From positions 55,941,086-55,988,330 of the forward strand of contig NC_057719.1 in the NCBI RefSeq assembly GCF_004010195.1: DNA of 47,245 bases, given 5' to 3'. Position 1 is the first letter of the stretch. Every line of letters begins with the position of its first letter. The translations under genes and the position numbers were made by a program. Under the pieces are notes generated by a model. That model did no database searches and was not told the DNA's origin. It worked only from the letters and a program-made list of their open reading frames with translations. Shown piece by piece: positions 1 through 11,902 of this stretch. The DNA is from Chiloscyllium plagiosum. Taxonomy: Eukaryota.

Positions 1-266
1 TCCCGACCTCTCCGCCCCCACCCCCGTCTGACCTATCACCCTCACCTTGACCTCTTTCCACCTATCACATTTCCGACGCCCCTCCCCCAAGTCCCTCCTC
101 CCTACCTTTTATCTTAGCCTGCTGGACAAACTTTCCTCATTTCTGAAGAAGGGCTTATGCCCGAAACGTCGATTCTCCTGTTCCCTGGATGCTGCCTGAC
201 CTGCTGCGCTTTTCCACAACACATTTTCAGCTCTGATCTCCAGCATCTGCAGACCTCACTTTCTCC
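1..266 (+). mobile_element. Penelope-like element terminal repeat fragment with hammerhead core
   Basis: Pyrimidine-rich stretch, then CTGAAGAAGGGCTTATGCCCGAAACGTC (143-170), ending ...CAGCATCTGCAGACCTCACTTTCTCC. The same terminus recurs at 35531, 36977 and 40966. Confidence 0.75.
143..170 (+). ncRNA. Minimal type I hammerhead ribozyme motif (Penelope-associated)
   Basis: CUGAAGA-A-GGGC(UUAU)GCCC-GAAA-CGUC: intact core, 4-bp stem II, palindromic ACGU stem III. Confidence 0.7.
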
Positions 267-762
267 TAAATGTTTTGGGACCAAATTGAGATTTACACTA
301 CACAGGAAGTGTGTTTTCTCAACTAAAATTAATAAGTAAATTTCACAGCATTTCTGATTCTTGTCCAATATTTTTAACTTCTTTCTTAAATGAATTCTGA
401 GTCTTTGATGCTTTGCGAACTACTCTTGTATTAACAATGTTTTGATTTGAATATAAGGTATGCTCTCATTGTAATAGTCAAGGAGTTTCTCTGCAAATAT
501 ATTCCAAATTTCACTGAGTGCTTCTCCAACTTCACTTGGGGAAGGCCATTGCAGGATTGTGCCCTCTTGTCTAATTGTACTGGAGGGGTCCCTCACCCAT
601 CTCTCTGCCTCTATCCTTGCCCTGTCACAGTGGCTGGATTGGCTGAGTAGAAAAGTAGGCATTTTCAACAATGCTCTCATACCAACTAAAATCATTTGAG
701 GAGCTGCTTTCTCCCACATAATCCCAGGAAAGTTGAAAGTCACTTGGGTTCTTTTTCAAGAT

Positions 763-954
763 TGGTTACAGACAAAAAAATTGCGGATGCTGGAATAACA
801 CGGCAAGCCAGGCAGCATCAGGAGGTGGAGGAGTTAACGTTTCAGATATAACCCTTCTTCAGGACCTTGAAGATTGAGTTCCCAAAACATTGAGTTCTAA
901 ACCTCCTGATGCTGCCTGACTTGCTGTGTGCTTCCAGCCTCCTGCCTGTCTATC
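763..954. mobile_element. Penelope-derived fold-back insertion with 14-bp TSD
   Basis: Inverted arms (CAGGCAGCATCAGGAGG / CCTCCTGATGCTGCCTG). Minus-strand hammerhead-like core at 836-862. Flanked by TTCTTTTTCAAGAT (749-762) and TTCTTTTTCAAAAT (955-968). Confidence 0.7.
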
Positions 955-1019
955 TTCTTTTTCAAAATAGCAGTCACAACTGTCTGCTGTTTGCAGGTTT
1001 CTGATTAACCCATTTTTGC

Positions 1020-1090
1020 GGATCGGCGCAACATCGAGGGCCCAAGGGCCTGTACTGCGCTGTATTCTTCTATGTTCTATGTTCTATGTT
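1020..1090 (+). mobile_element. CR1 LINE 3' tail, severely 5'-truncated
   Basis: GGGCCCAAGGGCCTGTACTGCGCTGTA followed by (TTCTATG)n, resembling the other CR1 tails in the window. Lies between two copies of a 114-bp sequence. Confidence 0.8.
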
Positions 1091-1793
1091 CTGATGCTGC
1101 CTGACTTGCTGTGTGCTTCCAGCCTCCTGCCTGTCTATCTTCTTTTTCAAGATAGCAGTCACAACTGTCTGCTGTTTGCAGGTTTCTGATTAACCCATTT
1201 TTGCTTCCAGCAGTGACTTGAACCCATTTGTATTCAATTCAATGATAAAGGACCGCTGGATTGAACCCTGTTCATATTTGTAGCGTCATTGAGTCTGAAT
1301 TATGATGGCAGGGGAATTGGCTGGCATTGATTGCTAAAGGCCTTCACTATCAACTATGGACTACTCATTTCCCACGACCATCATATTGGAGAGAAGACAC
1401 TATCACTCCCTCGGACACCTGTAGGAGTCATAATGGACTCTAGCTTTTTAGAGTAGGAATTTCAGTCAGCAACTCAGTGAACTGTTGAGTCCTTTCTCTC
1501 TTTACTGAGTCAGGACTCATCTGTATGGGAGGGGGAAGAGGTGGGAAGCCTCAGTTTACAAGACTCAGATAGAGCAATTTGAAAGGCAACTATATGGATT
1601 CAATCAGAGCTTTGTACGAAATGTATTTGGAAATGTAAAGCAAATAGTGCCTGAATTCCCTTTCTTTTCTAAAAGCCACTACAATTCCTTTCTGCTAACA
1701 AGCTGTTCAAACAAATTATTCCAAGAAAGAAAAAGTGACAATAAGACATTGAAGCAATTATGGCAGGTTCACTCCAGATCAGTAAAGCACTAC

Positions 1794-1874
1794 CATAGGA
1801 CAGACCAGTTATCATTTATATCATAGGACAGACCAGTTATCATTTATATCATAGGACAGAACAGTTATCATTTA
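1794..1874. repeat. 28-bp tandem repeat, ~3 copies
   Basis: CATAGGACAGACCAGTTATCATTTATAT repeated directly. Confidence 0.9.
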
Positions 1875-2076
1875 CAAATCCTGGATACATGTGTCTGAAT
1901 TTCACAAAACTGTATATGACAGCTAACTCTTTCCAAACTATTTCAGGTAACTTCAGCATGGTGTAAATAGTAAGACACAGATTTCAGCTAAATGTCAGCT
2001 GACACAGTAGCCAATAGCTCACCCTCATTGCTTGTATTTATTAACTCAATGCACTGAAATTCAGTGATCAAAATAT

Positions 2077-2101
2077 ACACACACACACACACACACACAC
2101 A
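2077..2101. repeat. (AC)n microsatellite
   Basis: 12 AC units visible. Confidence 0.95.
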
Positions 2102-2158
2102 AAGAGGTAAGTTCTTTGAGTTAATTGTATGTTAACTTAGTTTAATTGTATGCAATTA

Positions 2159-2257
2159 GGAATTTTCTCAAGTCCCCATAAGAGAACACAGACTGCCAAG
2201 TCAGGAAGTCTGGAAATAAATATAAAAGTGTGCGACAATTAGCGCCAGTTTCAGACT
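2159..2257 (+). promoter_or_regulatory. Candidate Pol II core promoter (TATA + Inr)
   Basis: TATAAAAG at 2221-2228 and Inr-like TCAGACT at 2251-2257 (~30 nt spacing). Upstream: CAGGAAGT (ETS-like), TGGAAA (NFAT-like), GGAATTTTCT (kB-like). Motif match only. Confidence 0.3.
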
Positions 2258-2526
2258 ACGCCAAAAGGCTTTCGAGAAGAGACTGCTGTGGTTTATTATC
2301 AGAGGTCTGTTGCGGAATTGGTGCATCCAAACAGAGAGAGACAAGGATTTGGTCACTTGTCCACTTCAGGAACAGAACCTTCATTGGTTGCATGCATTCT
2401 CCATGCCAGCTGGAGAGCCAGTGAGAGGCAGCCAGGCTGTGTCTTCTGAAGAAGATTCACCAGATCATTTGTTTGTTATTCAATTTGAAGATGCTAATGG
2501 ACCCTGCCCGAGAGTTTGGTTCCACC

Positions 2527-3360
2527 CATACTATTTCAGGACTTAGACGTTGGAGCTGCTGCCAGGGTAGTGGCCATTCATTGACATAGTGATTTGTTCA
2601 GAGTCACACACTGCCTGTACCTTGATGGCTCCTCATGGATATTCCCCTCTGTCTTGCTCTACACCATTGATCAGGAACTCTTGATTCCAGAAAGGCTGCA
2701 GGTCTGTCAGCAGGACCTGCTTCCTCCCTCCTGGCAGCAGCAAATTGAGGCCCTTATTGGTCCTTAAGTTTGTAGGGCAGGAATGTTGTCTAATTCCTGG
2801 GAGGATCACGTACACCACTATCCTGTCTAATTAAATGTCCTTTTCTCCTCCTTCTTGCCACCTCCAGGAACAACAGACTTCCACCCAAAGTCAGCATGAC
2901 ATGTGGTGACTACCATTTCAGTCTTTCTAGGTCAACAAAGATCAAGAAATGGAGAAGTTCACTAACACTGTAAATGTATATGCAAACAGGTCATTCCAGG
3001 TGGTGTTAGGAGACACAGCAAATATTTCCCCATTACTCTGTGCACCACTGCATTGAAGTGAGGTCCTGTATGTACCAAGAGGTAACTTCTCCCAAAGAGG
3101 AGAGAAGCTGAACACGTGCACACATGGATTCTCTAGTGTAATGAAGGGACTAAAGGGACTATTGACTGTATACGCATAGCTCTGTGTACACATAGCTCAC
3201 ATGTCAAGGGGAAATGGGGAGTGGGGGGAGTGGGGGAAGTGCTGACAGTGTGAAGAGGACATCAAGGTACAGGCAGTGTGTGACTCTGAACAAATCACTA
3301 TGTCAATGAATGGCCACTACCCTGGCAGCAGCTTCAACGTCTAAGTCCTGAAATAGTATG
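2527..3360. repeat. 101-bp near-perfect inverted repeat pair with 632-bp spacer
   Basis: 2527-2627 is the reverse complement of 3260-3360 with one mismatch. Confidence 0.9.
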
Positions 3361-4382
3361 CCATCTTTAGTTCTCCAAGGAGAATTACAAGATGGGGTTC
3401 GAGCGCTGATTAATAAACCCTCATCTTCACTAAATCACATCAGGATAATGAAAGCCATGGAGCCACTACAAACATTGTGGTGCAAACACAAAGGAAACGT
3501 CTCCGTATTCATATCAGACCAGATGGCTGCTCTCCCATTAGAGAATAATTTGCTGAGTCCTCCACAACATTGTCATTATGACAGTGCATTCGCAAGTCAC
3601 TTCAAGAGGAGGGGAAAGCAGAGCGACTGCAGCCTGTCCCCTTCAATTCCAGGAGTGCTTGTGTGAAAGCTTCAGTGCAAACTCTGCTTCCCTCAGGGAC
3701 ACAGCTCTTCACTGCCACTGCATCACCATTCCTCAGCTTCCCAGTGATATAATCTGGAGATGCCAGTGTTAGACTGGGGTGGACAAAGTTTTTGCCCTTG
3801 TCCCACTGAAATAGGAACCCATCCTGACTCCTCACATTATTATATACCTTCATGATCCTTCAATATAAACTACCAGCAATTATATTCCACACAATATTTA
3901 TCCAAAAAGTACAAGGGTTACAAATAAAAATGACCTTCTCTGGCAGCTATTGCCCGTCCTCATGTGCAACTCCAGGGCTGGTTGGATAGCTAGAGGAAGG
4001 CTCCTGTTTTCCAGCGAGGCAGAGATTGCAAAGGGCCTTGCTGGATGCCCTCAAGTAGTTCTGGTTTAGAAAAGCCCAGTTTTAGACTGCACCCCTCAGC
4101 ATGGCTGGCATCAGTCTGCACTGGCTGTTTGACAGGCAACAGCAAGACACCGCCAAGTGGTTGTGGTGGGAGCAGCATTTCTGTCATTCAGAGGGACGAA
4201 AGGAGGCTGTGGTCAATGGTTCATGCCCACGAGACAGTATCTCCAACAATTATAATACTCTGGCAGCAAGTTGAAACTGCATTGCATGTCACAGAGTTGG
4301 CCATAACCTCCGGGCTCAATAAAATGGGTTTAAAGCTCTGCATGGTTTCCCATGCTCATTGTCAATTTTCTCCAGAGTTGAA

Positions 4383-4610
4383 ATTAATTGAATTGAATTA
4401 AATTAGCTTTGTTATCACTTCTGCTCGAATGAGTGCAGTGAAAAGTTTATAAGTCGTCATTTACAGCAGCATCTGTACCTCGGTACAGATTCTAAAGTAC
4501 AAATGCGTAGGAAAAAATATAGAAAAATAAAGAAATAAAAAGTCCAGCATCACAGATCATGGGAAAAAATTAGAAAGCAAAGAAATAAAAATTTCAGAAT
4601 AACAGTCCTG
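4383..4610 (-). mobile_element. 3' end of a Rex1/Babar-tailed retroposon
   Basis: Minus strand reads ...CTTTTCACTGCACTCATT...GTGATAACAAAGCTAATTTAATTCAATTCAA, similar to the Rex1-type tail near 29440-29485. Confidence 0.5.
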
Positions 4611-5444
4611 GGTGTATAGGCGGTGGCACAGGCAGAGTTATGACATAAAACACCCCTTCTGCCTCTGGCTCTGATGCTGGAAGTCTGTTTGTTGTTGATT
4701 CAGTCTGCTCCATTTTATTGCCTAATGGCATCACATTAGTTTGTACGATGTGCCTGTAATCATTGAATAGCTGGAGAAATGTGAAGGCAACAAAAGGTAG
4801 GTGTGACATTGTTTTCAGTGAAAGGTGTGTGAGGGTGAGGTTGACACATTTGGTTAAGCTAAATATTAGACTTCCCACTTGTGTACTGTCAAATGAAAGT
4901 AATTATCGTATTTTGCAAAAGCATTCATAGGGTTTAGAAAGGTGTTTGGGACAGATACAGTATGTACCAACATCGCATTAATGACTAAAGTATCATATTA
5001 CAGGAGAAATTATACTGATTAAGTGACTTTACCAACAGAATTAGCAAGCACTCACTGTATAAGCACCATGTCATCTGAATTCACAGCAAAGCCTAGTCAC
5101 GTGAACTATTTTCTCCTGAACTGCAAAATCAAAAGCAAAAGATACTCATATCCTGTTGCTATGGTGATGTCATCCAGTTTTGCAGCTTCAATAATATCTC
5201 AAATAGTTATACTGTAATTTACTACAATAAAAATTGCAAGATATAGAACTCCCTATTTGGGTCAACCCAAATTGCATCAAAATACATGTTGTTTTGTTGA
5301 AATCAAATAATGCCCATTTATATTTGCAATCTCATTAGGATTCTTCGAACTTAAAGGTATAAATTGGCTTAAATTAGTAGAAACATAGCTCAAAGAATAT
5401 CAAGAATGCACCCAATCTTGAAATTTAAACATTTAACTCATTTG

Positions 5445-6083
5445 GCATGGTTTCCTTTATTGGACAGAGCATTGAGTACAGGAGTTGGGAGGTCATGTTG
5501 CAGCTTCACAGGACTTTGGTTAGGCCACTGTTGGAATATTGCATGCAATTGTGGTCTCCTTCCTATCAGAAGGATGCTGTGAAACTTGAAAGGGTTCAGA
5601 AAAGATTTACAAGATATTGACAGGGTTGGAAGATTTGAGCTACAGGGAGAGGCTGAATAGGCTGGGGCTGTTTTCCCTGGAGCTTCGGAGGCTGAGGGGT
5701 GACCTTATAGAAGTTTATAAAATCAGGAGGGGCATGGATAGGATAAATAGACAAAGTCTTTTCCGTGGGGTGGGAGAGTCCAGAACTAGAGGGCATAGGT
5801 TTATGGTGAGAGGGGAAATTTATAAAAGGGACCTAAAGGGCAACATTTTCACACAGAGGGTGGTACGTGTATGGAATGAGCTGCCAGGGAAGTGGTGGAG
5901 GCTGGTACAATTGCAACATTTAAAAGGCATATGAATGGGTATATGAATAGGAAGGGTTTAGAGGGATATGGGCCAAGTGCTGGCAAATGAGACTAGATTA
6001 GGTTGGGATATCTGGTCGGCATGGACAAGTTGGACCGAAAAGTCTGTTTCCGTGCTGTACATCTCTATGACTCTATGACTCTA
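5445..6083 (+). mobile_element. CR1 LINE 3' fragment with 11-bp TSD
   Basis: ORF2 C-terminus LSYRERLNRLGLFSLELRRLRGDLIEVYKI, (CTCTATGA)n tail, TSD TAACTCATTTG at 5434-5444 and 6084-6094. Confidence 0.92.
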
Positions 6084-6479
6084 TAACTCATTTGTTCATC
6101 ATTTGTACACAGCATCTTCAAGAATATGTCATCAGGAACTGTTATCGAAGTGACTTGTAGCTATTTTATAACAATTCATGAAATTAAACTGAAAATACAG
6201 AGGAGGTCTTGATGGTATTTTTTGTATAAAAATCAGTTAAATAATTGTAATGAAAGATAAACAGGAAAATGGTTTTGTTCCAAACTGTACTTCAAAATCT
6301 GGTCACAATATTGAAGGCTTTTTGAAAATCCAAGTAAATGACAAAGACTGTCACAAGGTAGATGCATAGATATGAAAAAATTAACTGTTCTGGTTCAACA
6401 TGTCTGAAGCAAAATATATTAAGGTAATGTGCTATGTGTATTTGTACATACAGACTGTCTACTCATACCAATAAATGTA

Positions 6480-7035
6480 CATCGCACTTGGAGTACTGCA
6501 TACAATTTTAGTCCCTCTACGTGAGGAGGGATGTAGTTGTATTGGAGACAATTCAAAGGAGGCTCCCTTGATTGATTCAAAGATGAGGTGTTTCTTTTAT
6601 GAAAAGAGATTGAGCAGCTTAGGCCTATATTGTCTGGAGTTTAGAAGAATGAGAGGAGATCTAATTGAGGGAGATAAGATGTGAAAGAGGATTGACAGAA
6701 AGGATGTTTCTTCATGTGGGGCAATCTAGAATGAGAGGTCATAGCTGCAAGATAAGAGATAGCAGATTTAAAACACAGAAACTACTTCTCTCAAAGGTTT
6801 CTGAATCTATGGAATCTTTTACTCCAGACTGTGGTGGTGCTGGGACATTGAGTAAATTCAAGGAGGAGTTGACAGATTTTTAATTAGTAACAGGCTGAAC
6901 GGTTATGGACAGTGGGCAGGAAAACTGAGTTGAAGTCAAGATCAGATCAGCAGTGATCATACCAAATGGTGAAACAAGCTCAGGGGCTGAATTGTCTACT
7001 CCTGCTCCTAGTTCTTATGCTCTATTATTCTTATC
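6480..7035 (+). mobile_element. CR1 LINE 3' fragment (older subfamily)
   Basis: YEKRLSSLGLYCLEFRRMRGDLIE motif; tail ...CTACTCCTGCTCCTAGTTCTTATG. Confidence 0.85.
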
Positions 7036-7726
7036 TTTTTATGTACACTGTGGACTACTTGGTGAGCATGAGAGGGACAGTAGGTTATTCTGTAGGATTA
7101 TAGGATTGTTTAAAAAAAAAATGAATTAGTACATAAACTTGACCGAATTTACCAGCATGCTTCAGGAGGCTGAGGACAAGTAATAGAATCCTACTCTTCA
7201 ATACTCAATGATACAACAATTTTGAGAACTACTGATAACATTTTCTTCCAAGCAATTGATTAAACCAGTCTGAAAGCAGAAAACTGTACTGTCTGTGCTT
7301 GAAGTGAAGAAACAGGCTTGCTAAGTTCTATAAAGTGAGATATAAACTAACCAAACTGATCCAGAGATCTGATTAATGGAATCAAGTCTGGAACAAATTG
7401 GAAAGAACATCAATCCAACTGATTCAGGAATTATGAAAGAATAGGACACTCCCATTGTTGTTGGATTTTAATGCAGAATTATTTAGCTGTGGTTAAAGTT
7501 TTAATTTACTTGAAGGTTGCAAGAAACCAAAATAAGCGGATATTGATTTGTGATGTCTTTGTTTGTCTTCTATGAAAATACGAAAAAGTTCAGAACTAAG
7601 GAATGTTATGATGCAGAAGCATTCCGCTTTTTGCTGTTAACTCCACAAGTAGCTATGCATTTTTTTTTCTCTTGTACATTCTCGCATCAGTTTAACTTTG
7701 TTTTTAGTTCATCAAGCAATGATGTG

Positions 7727-8390
7727 TCAGAACACAGAAACATTATGAATTAGGAGCAGTTGTAAGCCATTCAGCTCCACAAGTTCATAGCACTGTTTAA
7801 TAAGATCATGTCTGAACTGATTTCGCCACATTCCTGCCAAGCTCCATAACCATGCACCCCCTTCTCTCGAACTCTGCCTTAAAAATATTCAAGGAGCATG
7901 CTTCCACTATTTTCTCAGGAAGAGAGTTCCAAAGATGCGTGACATATTGAGAGAAAAAAAAATCCTTACTTCTGTCTTAAATTTTTCACACCTTATTTTG
8001 AAACAGTGGCCCATAGTTGGAGACTCTCCACCCCACCCCCACCACAAAGGAGAACATGCTTTCCACCTGCCAAGACCCCTCAGGATTTTATACATTCCAG
8101 TCAAGTCACCTTATCTAAACTCCAGTGGATACAAGTCTAGCCTGAAAATCTATTCATCAAAAGATAGTCCACCCATTCCAGGTGTTAGTCTCATAAGCCT
8201 TTTCTGAACCGCTTCTAAAGTACTTACATCCTTCTTTAAATAAGGGGACCAGTACTGTACATAGTATCCCAAATGTGGTCTCATTAATGGCCTGTACAGC
8301 TGAAGCAAAACCCCACCAGTTTTGTCTTTGATTCACCTTGCAATAAACCATGACATCCTACTAGCTTTTCTAATTGCTTGCTGGTCCTGA
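7727..8390 (-). mobile_element. CR1 LINE 3' fragment, degenerate
   Basis: Minus-strand YKILRGL and GHCFKIR motifs; reverse-complement tail near 7730-7790. Confidence 0.8.
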
Positions 8391-8699
8391 TATTTGCAAT
8401 TCAAGCCTGAAGAAACTCTGCTCTACACAGGAAAGCAGTATATTTAATAGGAATGATACAGAGGTCTACAAGTCACATGGCTGATTGCTGTTGCATTGTC
8501 TAAGACAGGACATTACAATTTTACAATGCCTGGTGATTGCTGACTTCCTGTGACAAACAGCTAAAGGTTTATAGGAACTGGTTATCATATTCTTCACAAT
8601 TGTATGTTAATGGATAAGGGTTTAGAGAGAACAATTTTGCTTTGTTCTCATTGTTGGTTTCACATGCTCATGTTAATAGGTAGGGGAAGGACGATAATG

Positions 8700-9430
8700 G
8701 GAACAGGAGGCAGTTAGTAAGGTTATGACCAAGGCTATCAGTCTTGTCCAGGTAGGACAAACACCTTTGCCTGAGGCTGGAAGTGAAATCCACATGTATG
8801 GCTCTTGGAGTCAGCCAACCCCCCTTGCTGTGATGTCTCATCTCATTCTGTAAGAGGACAGGCATGCAATCAATACTGCAGTGAGTCCTTTTAATAATGG
8901 ATCTTTAACCCTTGAGTTCCCAACATATGATGATAAGCAAGTAAAACTGGAACTTATTCTCTCTAACTTCCTCACTGGTGCAGGTGACGGAAAGATGGTA
9001 AGATGTTCTGCGTCAGTGGGCAGGCAGTCGAGAGGACATGCAAGGTAAGTAGCAAGGGGGCTTGAGTAAGAATGAGTGAGGGAGATTTTTGCATGCATTA
9101 ACTGAGCATGGTAGACCATGAGCCTTGGTGAGTCAGGGTGCTGTTGCAGAGTAAGTGTGAGTATGAGGTAGCTGAATGAAGATGATATTACTTTAACCTC
9201 TGAATCTTCAGACTGGACTGGCAGGGTCAGGTGCTGTAGTCTGACAGACATGAGGAGAAAGGACATCACTTTTCTGCACCATACGTCAGGACCTGCATAA
9301 CTTTGTTAACAAAACGGGGTGGGTGCTAACTTCTCTTTCTCAACTCTGGAGCAGTTCTTCACAGACAGGCACTGTGAAGGGCACTCCCGACTAATGGTGC
9401 TTGACTTGGTGGATAGCTGTGTGCAAATTA
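8700..9430 (-). mobile_element. Possible highly decayed Harbinger-type transposase remnant
   Basis: Minus-strand translation has faint echoes of HARBI1-type GFP..QG.IDCTH and KG.HSINVQ segments. Very degenerate. Confidence 0.25.
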
Positions 9431-9440
9431 TCAAGAGGAG

Positions 9441-9877
9441 AGGGTTCAGAAAAGATTTACAAGGATGTTGTCAGGAATGGAAGGTTTGAGATAAAGGGAG
9501 AGGCTGGAAAGACTGGGATTTCTTTCACTGGAGTGAAGGAGGTTGAGGGGCATAGATAGGATTAATTGCCTTTTCCTAAGTGTAGGGGATTTCATGTTAA
9601 AGGGCCTATTTTAAGGTGAGAGGAGACAGATTTTAAAAAGCCATGGGGGAACTTTCTTTCTACACATGGAGTGGTGCATGTGTGGAATGAACTTCCAGAG
9701 GAAGTGGTGAATGTTGATACAGTTACAACATTTACAAAACGTTTGTATAAGTACATGGATAAGAAATGTTTGGAGGGATATGGGCCAGGAGCAGGCAGAT
9801 GGGACAACTTTAGTTTGGGATTATGGTCGGCATGGACTGGTTAGGCCAAAGGACAGTGCTAAATGAATCTATGACTA
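9441..9877 (+). mobile_element. CR1 LINE 3' fragment
   Basis: AGGGTTCAGAAAAGATTTACAAGGATGTTG...TGGAATGAACTTCC...GGCATGGACTGG, parallel to the 5445-6083 copy. Confidence 0.88.
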
Positions 9878-11754
9878 ATCATCTTCTGAGTTAATTCCTG
9901 GTAAATTAACAAACTCTCTGACAATCAGATGTAGAATCAAATATATCTGTTTACTGTAAACATAGAAAATGCTGTAGAAACTCAGCAGGTCGAGCAGCAT
10001 CTGTAGCATGAGACAGATTGAAGGATGTCCCTCAAACACTTCTAACTTTTAAAATAAATGTACACCAAAATCCTATAAGAGGCAGTTACAGATAGGATTT
10101 ATAAACAAAACATTCAAAACATACTGGAATTGTTTTGCTAATCTATTTACACACACAGGAAATTAAGGAAGACAGGTGAAGGAGATGGGATATAACTTAA
10201 AGGCTTTGGTAAATCTGCAAGTATTAAAAATCTGTTTCCACTGCCAGTGAAACATTCCCAGAGATCAGTGTCCACTAACAGTTCCCATAATGAGCTGGGT
10301 CCAGCAGTTTTCTCTCTTGCAGGCAATAGTGTAGGCTTCTTTTCATCTGGCAACTTAGAGACAGAGATATAGTGTCCAAAGCAGGCTTCCTCTGGAGGTC
10401 AAAAGCCAATTCATTTTGAATCCCAGAAATGCATTTTTAGTCAACTCAACCAGCTCCAATTTCAGTCATGTGACCAACACAGCCATTTCAGGTGCTGAAA
10501 ACTCATCGTGGTGGGCCAATTGGAAAGTTTTTGATGTAACTTTATCTTACCCATTATAGTTTCCATCGCAGGGTGATGAGATAACTCTAAAAGCATGAGC
10601 TGCCGTTTTTGCATAATGGATTTTGATGTTCCGCACTGTAGGAATTCTTTAACTACACTTCAAGTGCTTTGTTTCAATTTTAGCTGGAATGTCTGTACAA
10701 AAGAGGGGGTCAGAAGCTTCTGGACTTATGATCACATGATGCACTTTTTGAGTTCAGCAATGTTGCCCAGTTAAAGGAAGACAATTTCTCATACTTATAA
10801 AAATATAGAAGAGAATAAATTTTCTTTGGGATTTCTTCTCATGCCCTTTGACCATGATAATAGCATTAGAGAACAGCAATTCAAGTACCATGTGAATAGT
10901 TTCAACAATCTATTTCTTGCTGGATAATATCACTAAAGCAATTATAGAAGTCTAACAAAGGTCCTTAGACAAATAAAGGTAGCTATTCTGATTGGTCTTA
11001 TACTTGCAATGGCTTGGAGCCATCCAGAGATAATATTGCTTCCAGATATTGAAGAGTAGGAAAAAATGAATAGATGCATTTCCGATAGTGTTATCCTTGT
11101 TTTGGTTCTATTTGTGGAAACTCTGATCAATCGATGGTTGTTAAGTCTAATGGAAAAGACAAAAACATTTCTTGTCTTTTAAAAAATTTTATCTACTGAA
11201 CAAAGCAATAAGCAAATTCCAATACACAATTCTTTTTTATGCAACATCTGTTTAATTAATATTACTGTAGACAGCATTTTGTAACTCTAACATTTTGCAT
11301 AAATTATAAATTTGTTCATTGGTATGAGCTAAAATTAAGACTGAAACTATTAGCGTTGTTATGTACATTTTATTATTTCAAGCTGTGTTTGCTGACTGGT
11401 TTGAATTTTTGCTAATTGGTCCTTGATGCTAACAAAAAGAGAAGCTGATTCCAATTTTACTAAGTTAAATATCATCATCCATCAATGTGTAAATAACTAT
11501 TGAAGGCATTTACTTTGCATCTAAAAGTAAATTAAATTATTCAGAAACTTCAAAAATTTAAATTTCAGGATGGCCTACAGCTCCCCTCCAGCAATATTTT
11601 TTGCGCAATCTTTTGACATTTGTAGATGAGTTATAAACTAATATTATATGAGAGAACTGTCTATTCAGAGCAGAAGATGGCTCTGAAGTTCACAGATGTG
11701 TGGCACATATGATCAGAGGAAGTTACTAATAGGCTAGGGCTCTTGTGCCGCGAG

Positions 11755-11835
11755 GTCTCTGCTCGGAGGCCTGGGTTCAAGTGCCACCTGCTCCAGAGAT
11801 GTGCCATAACATTTGATTAAAATTGATTAAAATAT
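11755..11835 (+). mobile_element. tRNA-derived SINE fragment
   Basis: GGAGGCCTGGGTTCAAGTGCC, a B-box-like segment, followed by an AT-rich tail. Confidence 0.4.
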
Positions 11836-11902
11836 TTCACCAACACATTATAATAGTGACTTTGTTTTCCTTCCAACTTTTCAATTTGCTTTATCGCTTC
11901 AA

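Noticed and set aside
10973..11058. Signal-peptide-like KVAILIGLILAMAWSHP on the plus strand
   Set aside because: ATA rather than ATG at the start, no donor after it, and a stop 10 codons later.
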